Source of the DNA: a virus
Taxonomy: Duplodnaviria > Heunggongvirae > Uroviricota > Caudoviricetes
Virus record (IMG/VR): IMGVR_UViG_2667528074_000004
Span: 1-42,710 of that record
Length of the DNA stretch: 42,710 bases
Direction: 5' to 3' (one strand)
In this document: piece by piece, positions 28,287-37,091 of the stretch
Layout of the letters: each line of letters starts with the position of its first letter
How positions within the stretch are numbered: the stretch's first letter is position 1
Program-made: the position numbers and the translations under genes
Notes under the pieces: model-generated
Database searches by the model: none
What the model saw: only the letters and a program-made list of their open reading frames with translations
Told to the model about the DNA's origin: nothing

Positions 28287-29723
28287 TCAGAATCCTCCTT
28301 TCTTCTTGGATTGCGGTTCCTCGCGTTCACGGCGGCGCATTTCAGCAGACTGTTGGTCTGTGTCATAAATAGCGCCATTTGCCTGAATGCAATACACCGT
28401 GCCGGTATTGCCATGACGATTGAGACGAAGGATTAGTTCGGTTTCACCAGGTGGAACACTGTCATCAAAAGCACCTTCACGATGGATCCCAACCCAATAA
28501 TCGCAATCCTGTTCAATCTGCCCTGTATCTCGGGAGTCACTTGGTAATGGGCGTTTATTGGTTCGGCTTTCCAGTGCGCGGTTAAGCTGTGTCAGAAGCA
28601 CAACAACACAATCAAGCTCTTTGGCAAGGTTCTTCAGTCCTTTTGTGATCATGCCGTAAGCAAGGTCGTTGCGATCGGCCTTCTCAGCGGTCATTAGTGT
28701 CAGGTAATCGACCAGAATCATGCCAACACATCCTTTTTCTCGCTTGATTCGACGGCTTTCGCTAACGATTTGAGCCAGAGATAATCCCGGCGTGTCGTCG
28801 ATGTAAAGCCGGTCGATTTCACTCAAACGATTAGCTGTTTCGATCGCCCTGTTGAAGTCACCATCGTAATCACCATGATAGCCGTCATCGGCGTCATTTG
28901 TCGCCGGAAGGTAAAAAATATTCGGGTTAACACCAGACTTCTGCCCTACCAGTTTTTCCAGTATCTGGTCACCTGGCATTTCAAGGCTGAACATCAGAGC
29001 TGGCTTTTTCTCATGCACTGCGCAGTTGATTGCCATCTGGCTGTATAGCGTCGTTTTCCCCATCTTAGGGCGAGCGCCAATGACAAACAGAGAGCCTTTC
29101 ACCAGACCTTTCGGTGACAGCATCCTGTCCAGCGATGGGATCCCTGTGCTCATTCCTCGTTGTTCGCCTGACGGGTCAAATCGCTTATCAAGGTCGCTAA
29201 CCCAGTCTTCCATGACCTCACCAAATGAGCGAAGGCCGCGACGCGATCCGGTTTTTGCATGGTCTGTCAGTTGCGTGAAAATCGCCTGAATAGCTTCGTA
29301 CTTCTGCGTTGCAGTCATTCCGTTGCGGGAATAGAGCAATTCCGTCGCTTCAGTCATGCGGTTGATGGCGTAGCGTTCCATTGCGGTTTCACGAACCTGC
29401 ATTGCATAGGCAACGATGTTTGCGGCGCTTGGCGTGTTCTTTGCGATCTCAGCGATATAAGCAAAACCGCCAACAGACGCCGTTAACGATTTACGCTCCA
29501 GTTCATCGAAAAGCGTCAGGCCATCTACTGGCTTTTGCTCCCGGTGCATTCTGGTTATTTCTTCGAAAATGATTTTGTGTGGTCGGCTGTAAAATGAATC
29601 AGGCTTCAGCATCGCCAGAACTTTCTGGACGCGCTCACTGCTGTCATCATCCAGAAGCAATCCACCAATCACCGCCTGCTCTGCCTCGATGCTATGGGGC
29701 GGCGCATAAAAATTATCGGTCAT
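28287..29723 (-). CDS. Replicative DNA helicase (DnaB-like, P22 gene 12-type)
   Basis: Walker A GARPKMGKT and DnaB-like N-terminus IEAEQAVIGGLLLD; start ATG 29723 overlaps O-like stop. Confidence 0.85.
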   Translation of the reverse strand: MTDNFYAPPHSIEAEQAVIGGLLLDDDSSERVQKVLAMLKPDSFYSRPHKIIFEEITRMHREQKPVDGLTLFDELERKSLTASVGGFAYIAEIAKNTPSAANIVAYAMQVRETAMERYAINRMTEATELLYSRNGMTATQKYEAIQAIFTQLTDHAKTGSRRGLRSFGEVMEDWVSDLDKRFDPSGEQRGMSTGIPSLDRMLSPKGLVKGSLFVIGARPKMGKTTLYSQMAINCAVHEKKPALMFSLEMPGDQILEKLVGQKSGVNPNIFYLPATNDADDGYHGDYDGDFNRAIETANRLSEIDRLYIDDTPGLSLAQIVSESRRIKREKGCVGMILVDYLTLMTAEKADRNDLAYGMITKGLKNLAKELDCVVVLLTQLNRALESRTNKRPLPSDSRDTGQIEQDCDYWVGIHREGAFDDSVPPGETELILRLNRHGNTGTVYCIQANGAIYDTDQQSAEMRRREREEPQSKKKGGF

Positions 29724-30612
29724 CGTGTTCACCCTCACGAACTTTCAGGTAGGTATTATCGTTAAGCAGGAAATCAAATCCCTTTTTGTGCCAGACGGTT
29801 CCGCGCTGATGGTTTTGGCGCTCTTCGAACATCCATCGGCAATTTTCGCCTACGTAGCTCAAATAATTTCTCCAGTCCTGCATCGTGAACCCATGCCCGT
29901 CAAGCTGGCGGGTTATCACTCCGGCTTTGCGCCAGAACGTTCGGATCTGGTTTTTACGCTTGTCATTCAGTGCGCGGATTTTTGGCGCTTCAGGAAGGAT
30001 TTCGTGGTAAGCATCGACAACATCCTGACAGCTAACGGAAGGTTTTTTCTTGTCAGACTTTTTGTCTGCTGCGGTACTCTCTAATACGTCAGTATTAGAG
30101 ATAATATTATTATATTCTTTATCTGTGGTAATTTGCTGGTAATCTGCTGGTACAGTATTGCTTGCAGGCATTGGTATTGCTGGCTTTGAGGTGGTAATTT
30201 GCTGGTAATCTGCTGGTACAAAATTTGACTGATAATCGTCATATTTCTCTACCGAGAAAACTGAGAATTTACCGTGTGAAACCCAGTCAATCATGCCGAG
30301 TTTTTTGAACTTTCTAAGCAGGTACTGAACGCGATCTGGTTTGAGTCCTGTTTCAAACGCCAGAGAGTTTCTACCGCCAAGTAGCTTCCCTCTGCCTACC
30401 AGAATTTCTCCTGCGTCAGTCATTACATACTCAGGCGTATGCTTTGCTTTGAGGATTAAGTGAACCCACAGATGCGCAGCTTCTGCGTCCTTGTAAAACG
30501 GCACATCCATAATTTTACGGTGCAGCAAGGCATACCCCTTACCGCTGCTTTGATGCGGTTGTTGTAGCCTTCTGGCCTCTCTGGCTTCGGCTAGATTAGA
30601 TATGTTACTCAT
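29713..30612 (-). CDS. Replication initiator (O-like, P22 gene 18-type) with internal origin
   Basis: 299-aa ORF upstream of helicase; contains duplicated peptide [10 protein letters not shown] encoded by DNA iterons. Confidence 0.7.
   Translation of the reverse strand: MSNISNLAEAREARRLQQPHQSSGKGYALLHRKIMDVPFYKDAEAAHLWVHLILKAKHTPEYVMTDAGEILVGRGKLLGGRNSLAFETGLKPDRVQYLLRKFKKLGMIDWVSHGKFSVFSVEKYDDYQSNFVPADYQQITTSKPAIPMPASNTVPADYQQITTDKEYNNIISNTDVLESTAADKKSDKKKPSVSCQDVVDAYHEILPEAPKIRALNDKRKNQIRTFWRKAGVITRQLDGHGFTMQDWRNYLSYVGENCRWMFEERQNHQRGTVWHKKGFDFLLNDNTYLKVREGEHDDR
30096..30220. repeat. Candidate replication origin: two perfect 30-bp direct repeats (30125-30154, 30191-30220) each containing TGCTGGTAAT/TGCTGGTACA sub-repeats, flanked by AT-rich tract (30096-30120)
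   Basis: Read directly: gtggtaatttgctggtaatctgctggtaca occurs twice 66 bp apart; architecture parallels ori-lambda inside O. Confidence 0.6.
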
Positions 30613-30751
30613 GACCTTTCTCCTTCTGCATCAGCTTCACTTTTTCCAACTCAGCCCGGAATCGACCAGGCTGCTTGAAGCTGGACAGGAAGCGATCACG
30701 TAGTATGTGTTTGTGAATTTTGTCCTGGTAAGGACTGAGTTGTTTTGTCAT
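30605..30751 (-). CDS. Hypothetical small protein between cII and O
   Basis: 48-aa ORF translated by hand ([48 protein letters not shown]), not in track; stop overlaps O start. Confidence 0.25.
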   Translation of the reverse strand: MTKQLSPYQDKIHKHILRDRFLSSFKQPGRFRAELEKVKLMQKEKGHE

Positions 30752-30785
30752 AATGACTCCTGTGGATTGATCCAGTCTTTCTACA

Positions 30786-31064
30786 TCAGGCCTCGAAGAA
30801 TTCGCCGTTCTTCGGGGCTTTTTCTTTTGTCAGCATTCTGGCTACTTGCTTAGCCAGTTCCGCCAACTCCTCGTCTTCAACACCCCATTCCAGCACAGCC
30901 AGAAGCATGGCCATCTTTGGGATAAAGCTGTCTTTCCATCGCGAAATTTGCGATTCATTAATCCCTAACGCGTCGGCAACCTTTCGCTGACCACGTACAG
31001 CAATTCGATTCAGGATGTTGCTTGTAATTGCATTCGCTTTCTTGCGAGTACTTGTAAGTTGCAT
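30786..31064 (-). CDS. cII: Transcriptional activator CII (P22 c1-like allele)
   Basis: Start MQLTSTRKK... within CATATG; conserved core SQISRWK...IPK...[10 protein letters not shown] shared with lambda CII. Confidence 0.8.
   Translation of the reverse strand: MQLTSTRKKANAITSNILNRIAVRGQRKVADALGINESQISRWKDSFIPKMAMLLAVLEWGVEDEELAELAKQVARMLTKEKAPKNGEFFEA
31042..31055 (+). promoter_or_regulatory. PRE-like CII-binding site (TTGC-N6-TTGT) overlapping cII 5-prime end
   Basis: TTGCgagtacTTGT located at the same spacing from CATATG as the lambda PRE TTGC-N6-TTGC repeats. Confidence 0.4.
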
Positions 31065-31143
31065 ATGTAAGTATTTCCTTAGATAACAATTGATTGAATG
31101 TATGCAAATAAATGCATACACCATAGGTGTGGTTTAATTTGAT

Positions 31144-31175
31144 GCCCTTTTTCAGGGCTGGAATGTGTAAGAGCG
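31144..31175 (-). promoter_or_regulatory. nutR (boxA CGCTCTTAC at 31167-31175, boxB GCCCTGAAAAAGGGC at 31144-31158)
   Basis: Matches lambda nutR as recalled. Confidence 0.85.
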
Positions 31176-31182
31176 GGGTTAT

Positions 31183-31392
<210 letters not shown>

Positions 31393-31407
31393 TTAGTACA
31401 TGCAACC

Positions 31408-31477
31408 ATTATCACCGCCAGAGGTAAAATAGTCAACACGCACGGTGTTAGATATTTATCCCTTGCGGTGATAGATT
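31408..31477. promoter_or_regulatory. Right operator/promoter region: OR1 31410-31426, OR2 31434-31450, OR3 31457-31473; PR on minus strand, PRM on plus strand
   Basis: TATCACCGCCAGAGGTA, CAACACGCACGGTGTTA, TATCCCTTGCGGTGATA read directly; PR -10 attatc (31408-31413) and -35 agtcaa (31431-31436) on minus; PRM -35 tagata and -10 tagatt on plus; cI mRNA leaderless. Confidence 0.9.
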
Positions 31478-31480
31478 TAA

Positions 31481-32197
<717 letters not shown>

Positions 32198-32309
32198 TCG
32201 GCAAGGTGTTCTGGTCGGCGCATAGCTGATAACAATTGAGCAAGAATCTTCATCGAATTAGGGGAATTTTCACTCCCCTCAGAACATAACATAGTAAATG
32301 GATTGAATT

Positions 32310-33149
32310 ATGAAGAATGGTTTTTATGCGACTTACCGCAGCAAAAATAAAGGGAAAGATAAGCGCTCAATAAACCTGTCTGTTTTCCTTAATTCTCTGC
32401 TGGCTGATAATCATCACCTGCAGGTTGGCTCCAATTATTTGTATATTCATAAAATCGATGGAAAAACTTTTCTCTTTACCAAAACAAATGACAAGAGTCT
32501 GGTTCAGAAGATAAATCGCTCTAAAGCTTCAGTTGAAGATATTAAGAACAGCCTCGCAGATGACGAATCATTGGGATTCCCATCTTTTTTGTTTGTTGAA
32601 GGCGACACCATTGGTTTTGCCAGAACTGTTTTCGGGCCGACCACATCCGATCTGACAGATTTTTTAATCGGGAAAGGAATGTCATTAAGCAGTGGAGAGC
32701 GCGTTCAGATAGAGCCACTGATGAGGGGAACCACCAAAGACGATGTTATGCATATGCATTTCATCGGCCGAACAACGGTGAAGGTAGAAGCCAAGCTACC
32801 TGTATTTGGCGATATATTAAAGGTCTTAGGGGCAACAGATATTGAAGGGGAGCTTTTTGACTCATTGGATATAGTCATTAAGCCAAAATTTAAAAGGGAT
32901 ATAAAAAAGGTTGCCAAGGATATTATTTTTAACCCGTCACCTCAATTTTCAGACATTAGCCTGCGGGCAAAAGATGAGGCCGGAGATATTTTAACAGAAC
33001 ATTATCTATCAGAAAAAGGCCATCTCTCAGCGCCTCTGAACAAGGTCACCAATGCTGAGATAGCTGAAGAGATGGCATATTGCTACGCAAGAATGAAAAG
33101 TGATATACTGGAATATTTTAAAAGGCAGGTGGGCAAAGTTAAGGATTAA
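32310..33149 (+). CDS. rexA: RexA (Rex abortive-infection/exclusion system)
   Basis: 279-aa ORF directly downstream of cI; size and position as in lambda. Confidence 0.85.
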   Translation: MKNGFYATYRSKNKGKDKRSINLSVFLNSLLADNHHLQVGSNYLYIHKIDGKTFLFTKTNDKSLVQKINRSKASVEDIKNSLADDESLGFPSFLFVEGDTIGFARTVFGPTTSDLTDFLIGKGMSLSSGERVQIEPLMRGTTKDDVMHMHFIGRTTVKVEAKLPVFGDILKVLGATDIEGELFDSLDIVIKPKFKRDIKKVAKDIIFNPSPQFSDISLRAKDEAGDILTEHYLSEKGHLSAPLNKVTNAEIAEEMAYCYARMKSDILEYFKRQVGKVKD

Positions 33150-33164
33150 TTATCAGGAGTAATT

Positions 33165-33599
33165 ATGCGGAACAGAATCATGCCTGGTGTTTACATAGTA
33201 ATAATTCCTTACGTTATCGTAAGCATTTGCTATCTCCTTTTCCGCCACTACATTCCTGGTGTTTCTTTTTCAGCTCATAGAGATGGTCTTGGGGCGACAT
33301 TGTCATCATATGCAGGAACCATGATTGCAATCCTGATTGCTGCCTTGACGTTTCTAATCGGAAGCAGAACGCGCCGACTGGCCAAGATTAGAGAGTATGG
33401 GTATATGACATCGGTAGTTATTGTCTATGCACTTAGTTTTGTTGAGCTTGGAGCTTTGTTTTTCTGCGGGTTATTGCTTCTTTCCAGCATAAGCGGCTAC
33501 ATGATACCCACTATCGCCATCGGCATTGCCTCTGCATCGTTCATTCATATATGCATCCTTGTTTTCCAACTATATAATTTGACCAGAGAACAAGAATAA
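33165..33599 (+). CDS. rexB: RexB membrane protein
   Basis: 144-aa ORF with four hydrophobic segments; lambda position. Confidence 0.85.
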   Translation: MRNRIMPGVYIVIIPYVIVSICYLLFRHYIPGVSFSAHRDGLGATLSSYAGTMIAILIAALTFLIGSRTRRLAKIREYGYMTSVVIVYALSFVELGALFFCGLLLLSSISGYMIPTIAIGIASASFIHICILVFQLYNLTREQE

Positions 33600-33625
33600 C
33601 CCGGCCTCAGCGCCGGGTTTTCTTT
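33598..33625 (+). terminator. Terminator after rexB (t-imm)
   Basis: Stem CCCGGC / GCCGGG with loop ctcagc followed by TTTTCTTT. Confidence 0.7.
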
Positions 33626-33775
33626 GCCTCACGATCGCCCCCAAAACACATAACCAATTGTATTTATTGAAAAATAAATAGATACAACTCACTAAACATA
33701 GCAATTCAGATCTCTCACCTACCAAACAATGCCCCCCCCCTGCAAAAAATAAATTCATATAAAAAACATACAGAT

Positions 33776-33837
33776 AACCATCTGCGGTGATAAATTATCT
33801 CTGGCGGTGTTGACATAAATACCACTGGCGGTGATAC
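33776..33837 (+). promoter_or_regulatory. Left operator/promoter: OL3 33776-33792, OL2 33796-33812, OL1 33820-33836; PL -35 ttgaca 33810-33815, -10 gatact 33832-33837
   Basis: AACCATCTGCGGTGATA, TATCTCTGGCGGTGTTG, TACCACTGGCGGTGATA read directly. Confidence 0.9.
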
Positions 33838-33878
33838 TGAGCACATCAGCAGGACGCACTGACCACCATGAAGGTGAC

Positions 33879-33908
33879 GCTCTTAAAAATTAAGCCCTGA
33901 AGAAGGGC
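33879..33908 (+). promoter_or_regulatory. nutL (boxA CGCTCTTAA 33879-33887, boxB GCCCTGAAGAAGGGC 33894-33908)
   Basis: Matches lambda nutL as recalled. Confidence 0.85.
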
Positions 33909-34018
33909 AGCATTCAAAGCAGAAGGCTTTGAGTAGCGCGAAATGCAGCTGCAAGACAGCAACCGTGGAGATAAGCATCACGGCGCGTTACTCAAAGCTA
34001 ACTGACAGGAGAATCCAG

Positions 34019-34345
34019 ATGGATGCACAAGCACGCCGCCGCGAACGTCGCGCAGAGAAACAGGCTCAATGGAAAGCAGCAAATCCACTGTTGGTTGGGG
34101 TAAGCGCAAAACCAGTTAACCGCCCTATTCTCTCGCTGAATCGCAAACCGAAATCACGAGTAGAAAGCGCACTGAATCCGATAGACCTTACGGTGCTGGC
34201 TGAATACCACGAACAGATTGAAAGCAACCTGCAGCGTATTGAGCGCAAGAATCAGCGCACATGGTACAGCAAGCCACGCAGTGAAATGGGTGTGACTTGT
34301 GTTGGTCGCCAGAAAATGAAATTAGGCAGCAAACCACTTATTTGA
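34019..34345 (+). CDS. N: Antiterminator N (lambda-type; C-terminal tail differs from lambda N as I recall it)
   Basis: Start MDAQARRRERRAEKQAQWK (arginine-rich boxB-binding motif); track ORF start at 33929 rejected because PL/nutL lie inside it. Confidence 0.9.
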   Translation: MDAQARRRERRAEKQAQWKAANPLLVGVSAKPVNRPILSLNRKPKSRVESALNPIDLTVLAEYHEQIESNLQRIERKNQRTWYSKPRSEMGVTCVGRQKMKLGSKPLI

Positions 34346-34353
34346 GGTGAGAT

Positions 34354-34824
34354 ATGACAAAATCATGGAGCGTACCTTTTCCTGAATCAGAAACTGAACA
34401 TGATGGAATGCCTGTTTTCTGGAGATTCCAGGCGACAGTTGAAGAAGATGGAATCAAAATATTCGCACTTCAATATATAGCTTTTCATCAGACAGAGCAT
34501 TATGCATGGTTGGTTCCTGCGCATTGGATTGTTAATTTTAAACCAGCACCAAATCAGTGGTTACAGGAATGGAAACAAAAGAGAAATAGATATGCAATTA
34601 AGAAAGTAGCAAAAAATGCAGAAAGATCTTTTGCATTCCCAACGAAGAAACTTGCCATTGAAAGTTTATTGCGCCGGAAGAAATACCATTTAATGAGAAT
34701 CAAACAAGATTTGGCTGTTGTATCAACTCTTGTTGATGGGATGAAGAATATTGATACATCAACACCAGATATTGAATATAACTTTGGACACAACCAAGAA
34801 ACAGAAAACTGGGTATTTTATTAG
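34354..34824 (+). CDS. Hypothetical 156-aa protein, AT-rich, first gene after N
   Basis: ORF with SD GGTGAGAT 8 nt after N stop; roughly 38-40 percent GC by hand count; no recognised family. Confidence 0.55.
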   Translation: MTKSWSVPFPESETEHDGMPVFWRFQATVEEDGIKIFALQYIAFHQTEHYAWLVPAHWIVNFKPAPNQWLQEWKQKRNRYAIKKVAKNAERSFAFPTKKLAIESLLRRKKYHLMRIKQDLAVVSTLVDGMKNIDTSTPDIEYNFGHNQETENWVFY

Positions 34825-34836
34825 TACAAATAAGCA

Positions 34837-34868
34837 CTGTGTATTCATTCCAACGAGTGAATACACGG
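34837..34868 (+). other. Strong RNA hairpin downstream of orf156 (11-bp stem, 10-nt loop, no T-run)
   Basis: ctGTGTATTCAttccaacgagTGAATACACgg read directly. Confidence 0.45.
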
Positions 34869-34926
34869 AGCAATGTCGCTCGTAACTAAACAGGAGCCGA
34901 CTTGTTCTGATTATTGGCAATCTTCT

Positions 34927-34955
34927 TTGCCCTCCTATGTGAGGGCAATTTTTTT
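34927..34955 (+). terminator. Intrinsic terminator within PL operon (tL-like)
   Basis: TTGCCCTC-ctatgt-GAGGGCAA followed by TTTTTTT. Confidence 0.7.
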
Positions 34956-34967
34956 GACGGAGGATAT

Positions 34968-35936
34968 ATGAGTGAAGTAACAGATTTAGTTGTTATTGAA
35001 AAATCAAATGCAATGACTGTATTTCAGTCTGCCGACCAGATTGAAGAAATCCTTCAAAAGGTTGAACGTGAAGTTATGTCCTTTGTGCCTGATATCACAA
35101 CGGCAAAGGGCAGAAAGGAGATCGCTTCTCTGGCATATAAAGTTGCGCAGACGAAAACATATCTCGATGGTCTTGGCAAAGACCTTGTGTCTGAACTGAA
35201 GGAAATTCCAAAGCTAATTGATGCCAACCGCAAGACAGTGCGTGATCGCCTTGATGAGCTGAAAGCCAAGGCGCGCCAGCCTCTTACTGATTATGAGGAA
35301 GAACAGGCGCGGATTAAAGCCGAAGAAGAAGCTAAGGCAGCAGCTGAAGCTCTCGCAAAGCAAATTGAGTCTGACCATGAAATAGCGATTTTGATGGATC
35401 GAGAATTTGACCGCCAAAGAGAAGAGGCAAGACTCAAAGCGGAGCAGGAAAAGCGAGAGCATGAAGAACGCTTAAAAAGAGAAGCTGAAGAGAAAGCCAG
35501 AGCAGAAGCCGAAGCAAAGGCAAAAGCCGAAATTGAAGCAGCAGCAAGGCGAGAAGCAGAAGCTAAGGCCGCAGCGGAACGTGCAGAGCGTGAACGCATT
35601 GAAGCCGAGCAACGAGCACAGCGCGAAGCAAAAGAGGCAGCAGAACGAGCTGAAAGAGAAAAGCAGGCGGCAATTGAAGCAGAACGCCGAAAAGCACAGG
35701 AGGAGGCTGAACAAATCCGTCGCGATGCTGAAGAAAAAGAGCAAGCCAGAATAGCAGAAGAAAAAAGAATCAAGGACGAAGAAGAGCGTAGAGCAAAGGA
35801 TAAAGCTCACCGGAAAGACGTAAATAACAAAATACTTGCTGACCTTATCAAGGTTGGCGCATCAGAAGATGTTGCTAAAAATATCATAACAGCCATCGTA
35901 AAAGGCGAAGTATTCGCAACAAAAATAACCTACTAA
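34968..35936 (+). CDS. Coiled-coil protein with TolA-like Ala/Glu/Lys/Arg-rich repeat region
   Basis: SD GGAGGA then ATG 34968 (MSEVTDLVV...); central 190 aa low-complexity helix (KAEAEAKAKAEIEAAARREAEAKAAAERAERE...). Confidence 0.55.
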   Translation: MSEVTDLVVIEKSNAMTVFQSADQIEEILQKVEREVMSFVPDITTAKGRKEIASLAYKVAQTKTYLDGLGKDLVSELKEIPKLIDANRKTVRDRLDELKAKARQPLTDYEEEQARIKAEEEAKAAAEALAKQIESDHEIAILMDREFDRQREEARLKAEQEKREHEERLKREAEEKARAEAEAKAKAEIEAAARREAEAKAAAERAERERIEAEQRAQREAKEAAERAEREKQAAIEAERRKAQEEAEQIRRDAEEKEQARIAEEKRIKDEEERRAKDKAHRKDVNNKILADLIKVGASEDVAKNIITAIVKGEVFATKITY

Positions 35937-35960
35937 TAAAACCAACATAAGGAACCACCC

Positions 35961-36092
35961 ATGATTTACGCAATCGCGGGAGGCGCTCGCATGGGTGCCT
36001 TCCAACTAAATGAATCTTTACTTGAACGAATCACCCGTAAATTACGTGACGGATGGAAAAGAGTTGAGGTCTTATTATGCGCAATGAAATAG
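35961..36092 (+). CDS. cIII: CIII-like protein (FtsH inhibitor)
   Basis: 43-aa ORF (not in track) containing ESLLERITRKLRDGWKR, the conserved CIII core motif of lambda. Confidence 0.7.
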   Translation: MIYAIAGGARMGAFQLNESLLERITRKLRDGWKRVEVLLCAMK

Positions 36093-36229
36093 CCATCAAT
36101 CACCAGATGCTTCGTGCTGCACAAAACAAAGCAGTAATAGCCAGATTTATTGGTGATTCCAAAATGTGGCTTGAAGCAAATAAAGCGATGAAATCAGCTA
36201 TCAACCTTCCGTGGTATCGCAGGAAATGA
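36077..36229 (+). CDS. kil: Kil-like host division inhibitor
   Basis: 50-aa ORF MRNEIAINHQMLRAAQNKAVIARFIGDSKMWLEANKAMKSA... resembles lambda Kil segment ...TKFTIATFIGDEKMFREAVDAYKK; directly after cIII as in lambda. Confidence 0.5.
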   Translation: MRNEIAINHQMLRAAQNKAVIARFIGDSKMWLEANKAMKSAINLPWYRRK

Positions 36230-36304
36230 GTTTTACAGATAACTGGTCAGACGAAGAATTCATTCGTCAGATGAAAGAATTAATCGGTAACGAAGGAGAT
36301 ATTC

Positions 36305-36475
36305 ATGTCACTTGCAACCACAGTGAAGGAGAGCAAGTTACAGAGACGCATGTACACGCAGAAAGCTCTCTGGTATCGCCATAATGGTGACCGCGAAGGA
36401 ATGCGGGTATGCCTTAATTTGTCCCGAGTAGAAGTATTAAATCAGCGTTATTTCCTTGGGCCATGTCCATTCTGA
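36305..36475 (+). CDS. Small protein upstream of erf (Arf-like position)
   Basis: 56-aa ORF with strong SD GAAGGAGAT; alternative overlapping ORF 36226-36384 (52 aa, ATGA-coupled to kil) cannot be excluded. Confidence 0.35.
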   Translation: MSLATTVKESKLQRRMYTQKALWYRHNGDREGMRVCLNLSRVEVLNQRYFLGPCPF

Positions 36476-36485
36476 GAACAATCAT

Positions 36486-37091
36486 ATGAGCAAAGAATTT
36501 TACGCAAGACTGGCAGCTATTCAGGAGAATCTGAACGCGCCAAAGAATCAATACAACTCATTCGGCAAATATAAATACAGAAGCTGCGAAGACATTCTTG
36601 AGGGTGTTAAGCCGTTACTGAATGGCCTGTTTTTATCAATCAGCGATGAAGTTGTGTTGATTGGTGATCGGTATTACGTGAAAGCCACGGCAACTATTAC
36701 CGATGGCGAAAACAGTCATACGGCAACCGCTCTTGCACGAGAGGAAGAAAGCAAGAAAGGAATGGATTCTGCACAAGTTACGGGAGCTACAAGCTCTTAT
36801 GCACGCAAGTATTGCCTCAATGGTTTGTTCGGCATTGATGATGCGAAAGATGCAGATACCGACGAGCATAAACATCAGCAGAACGCAGCAGCAAAGCAAT
36901 CAAAGCCATCACCTACATCTGAACAGGTTCTAAAAGCATTCACTGACGCAGCAATGCAGAAAAACACCGTAGAAGAGCTTAAACAGGCGTTCGCCAAAGC
37001 GTGGAAGATGCTCGAAGGCACACCGGAGCAGCACAAAGCGCAGGACGTTTACAACATCAGACGAGACGAATTAGAAGGAGCTGCTGCTTAA
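36486..37091 (+). CDS. erf: Erf single-strand annealing recombinase (P22 Erf-like)
   Basis: Start MSKEFYARLAAIQENLNAPKNQYNSFGKYKYRSCEDILEGVKPLL matches P22 Erf as recalled. Confidence 0.85.
   Translation: MSKEFYARLAAIQENLNAPKNQYNSFGKYKYRSCEDILEGVKPLLNGLFLSISDEVVLIGDRYYVKATATITDGENSHTATALAREEESKKGMDSAQVTGATSSYARKYCLNGLFGIDDAKDADTDEHKHQQNAAAKQSKPSPTSEQVLKAFTDAAMQKNTVEELKQAFAKAWKMLEGTPEQHKAQDVYNIRRDELEGAAA

Noticed and set aside
30125-30220. Direct repeats considered as a possible CRISPR-like or insertion-sequence feature
   Set aside because: Only two copies, inside an O-like initiator gene with adjacent AT-rich tract; iteron-type origin is the better explanation; no cas genes or transposase anywhere in the window
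33929-34018. Longer N ORF starting at 33929 as in the ORF track
   Set aside because: The extension would overlap PL and nutL; canonical N start MDAQ at 34019 fits lambda
35054-35810. Minus-strand ORFs (35054-35269, 35214-35462, 35291-35773, 35472-35810) antisense to the coiled-coil gene, encoding Ser/Ala-rich or Cys/Phe-rich low-complexity peptides
   Set aside because: They are mirror images of the GAA/GCA/AAG-rich repeat coding the plus-strand coiled coil; no start context; classic low-complexity antisense artefacts
36226-36384. 52-aa ORF ATGA-coupled to kil
   Set aside because: Overlaps the alternative 36305-36475 ORF, which has a stronger SD and abuts erf; only one is likely real and I cannot decide from sequence alone, so it is not listed as a separate feature
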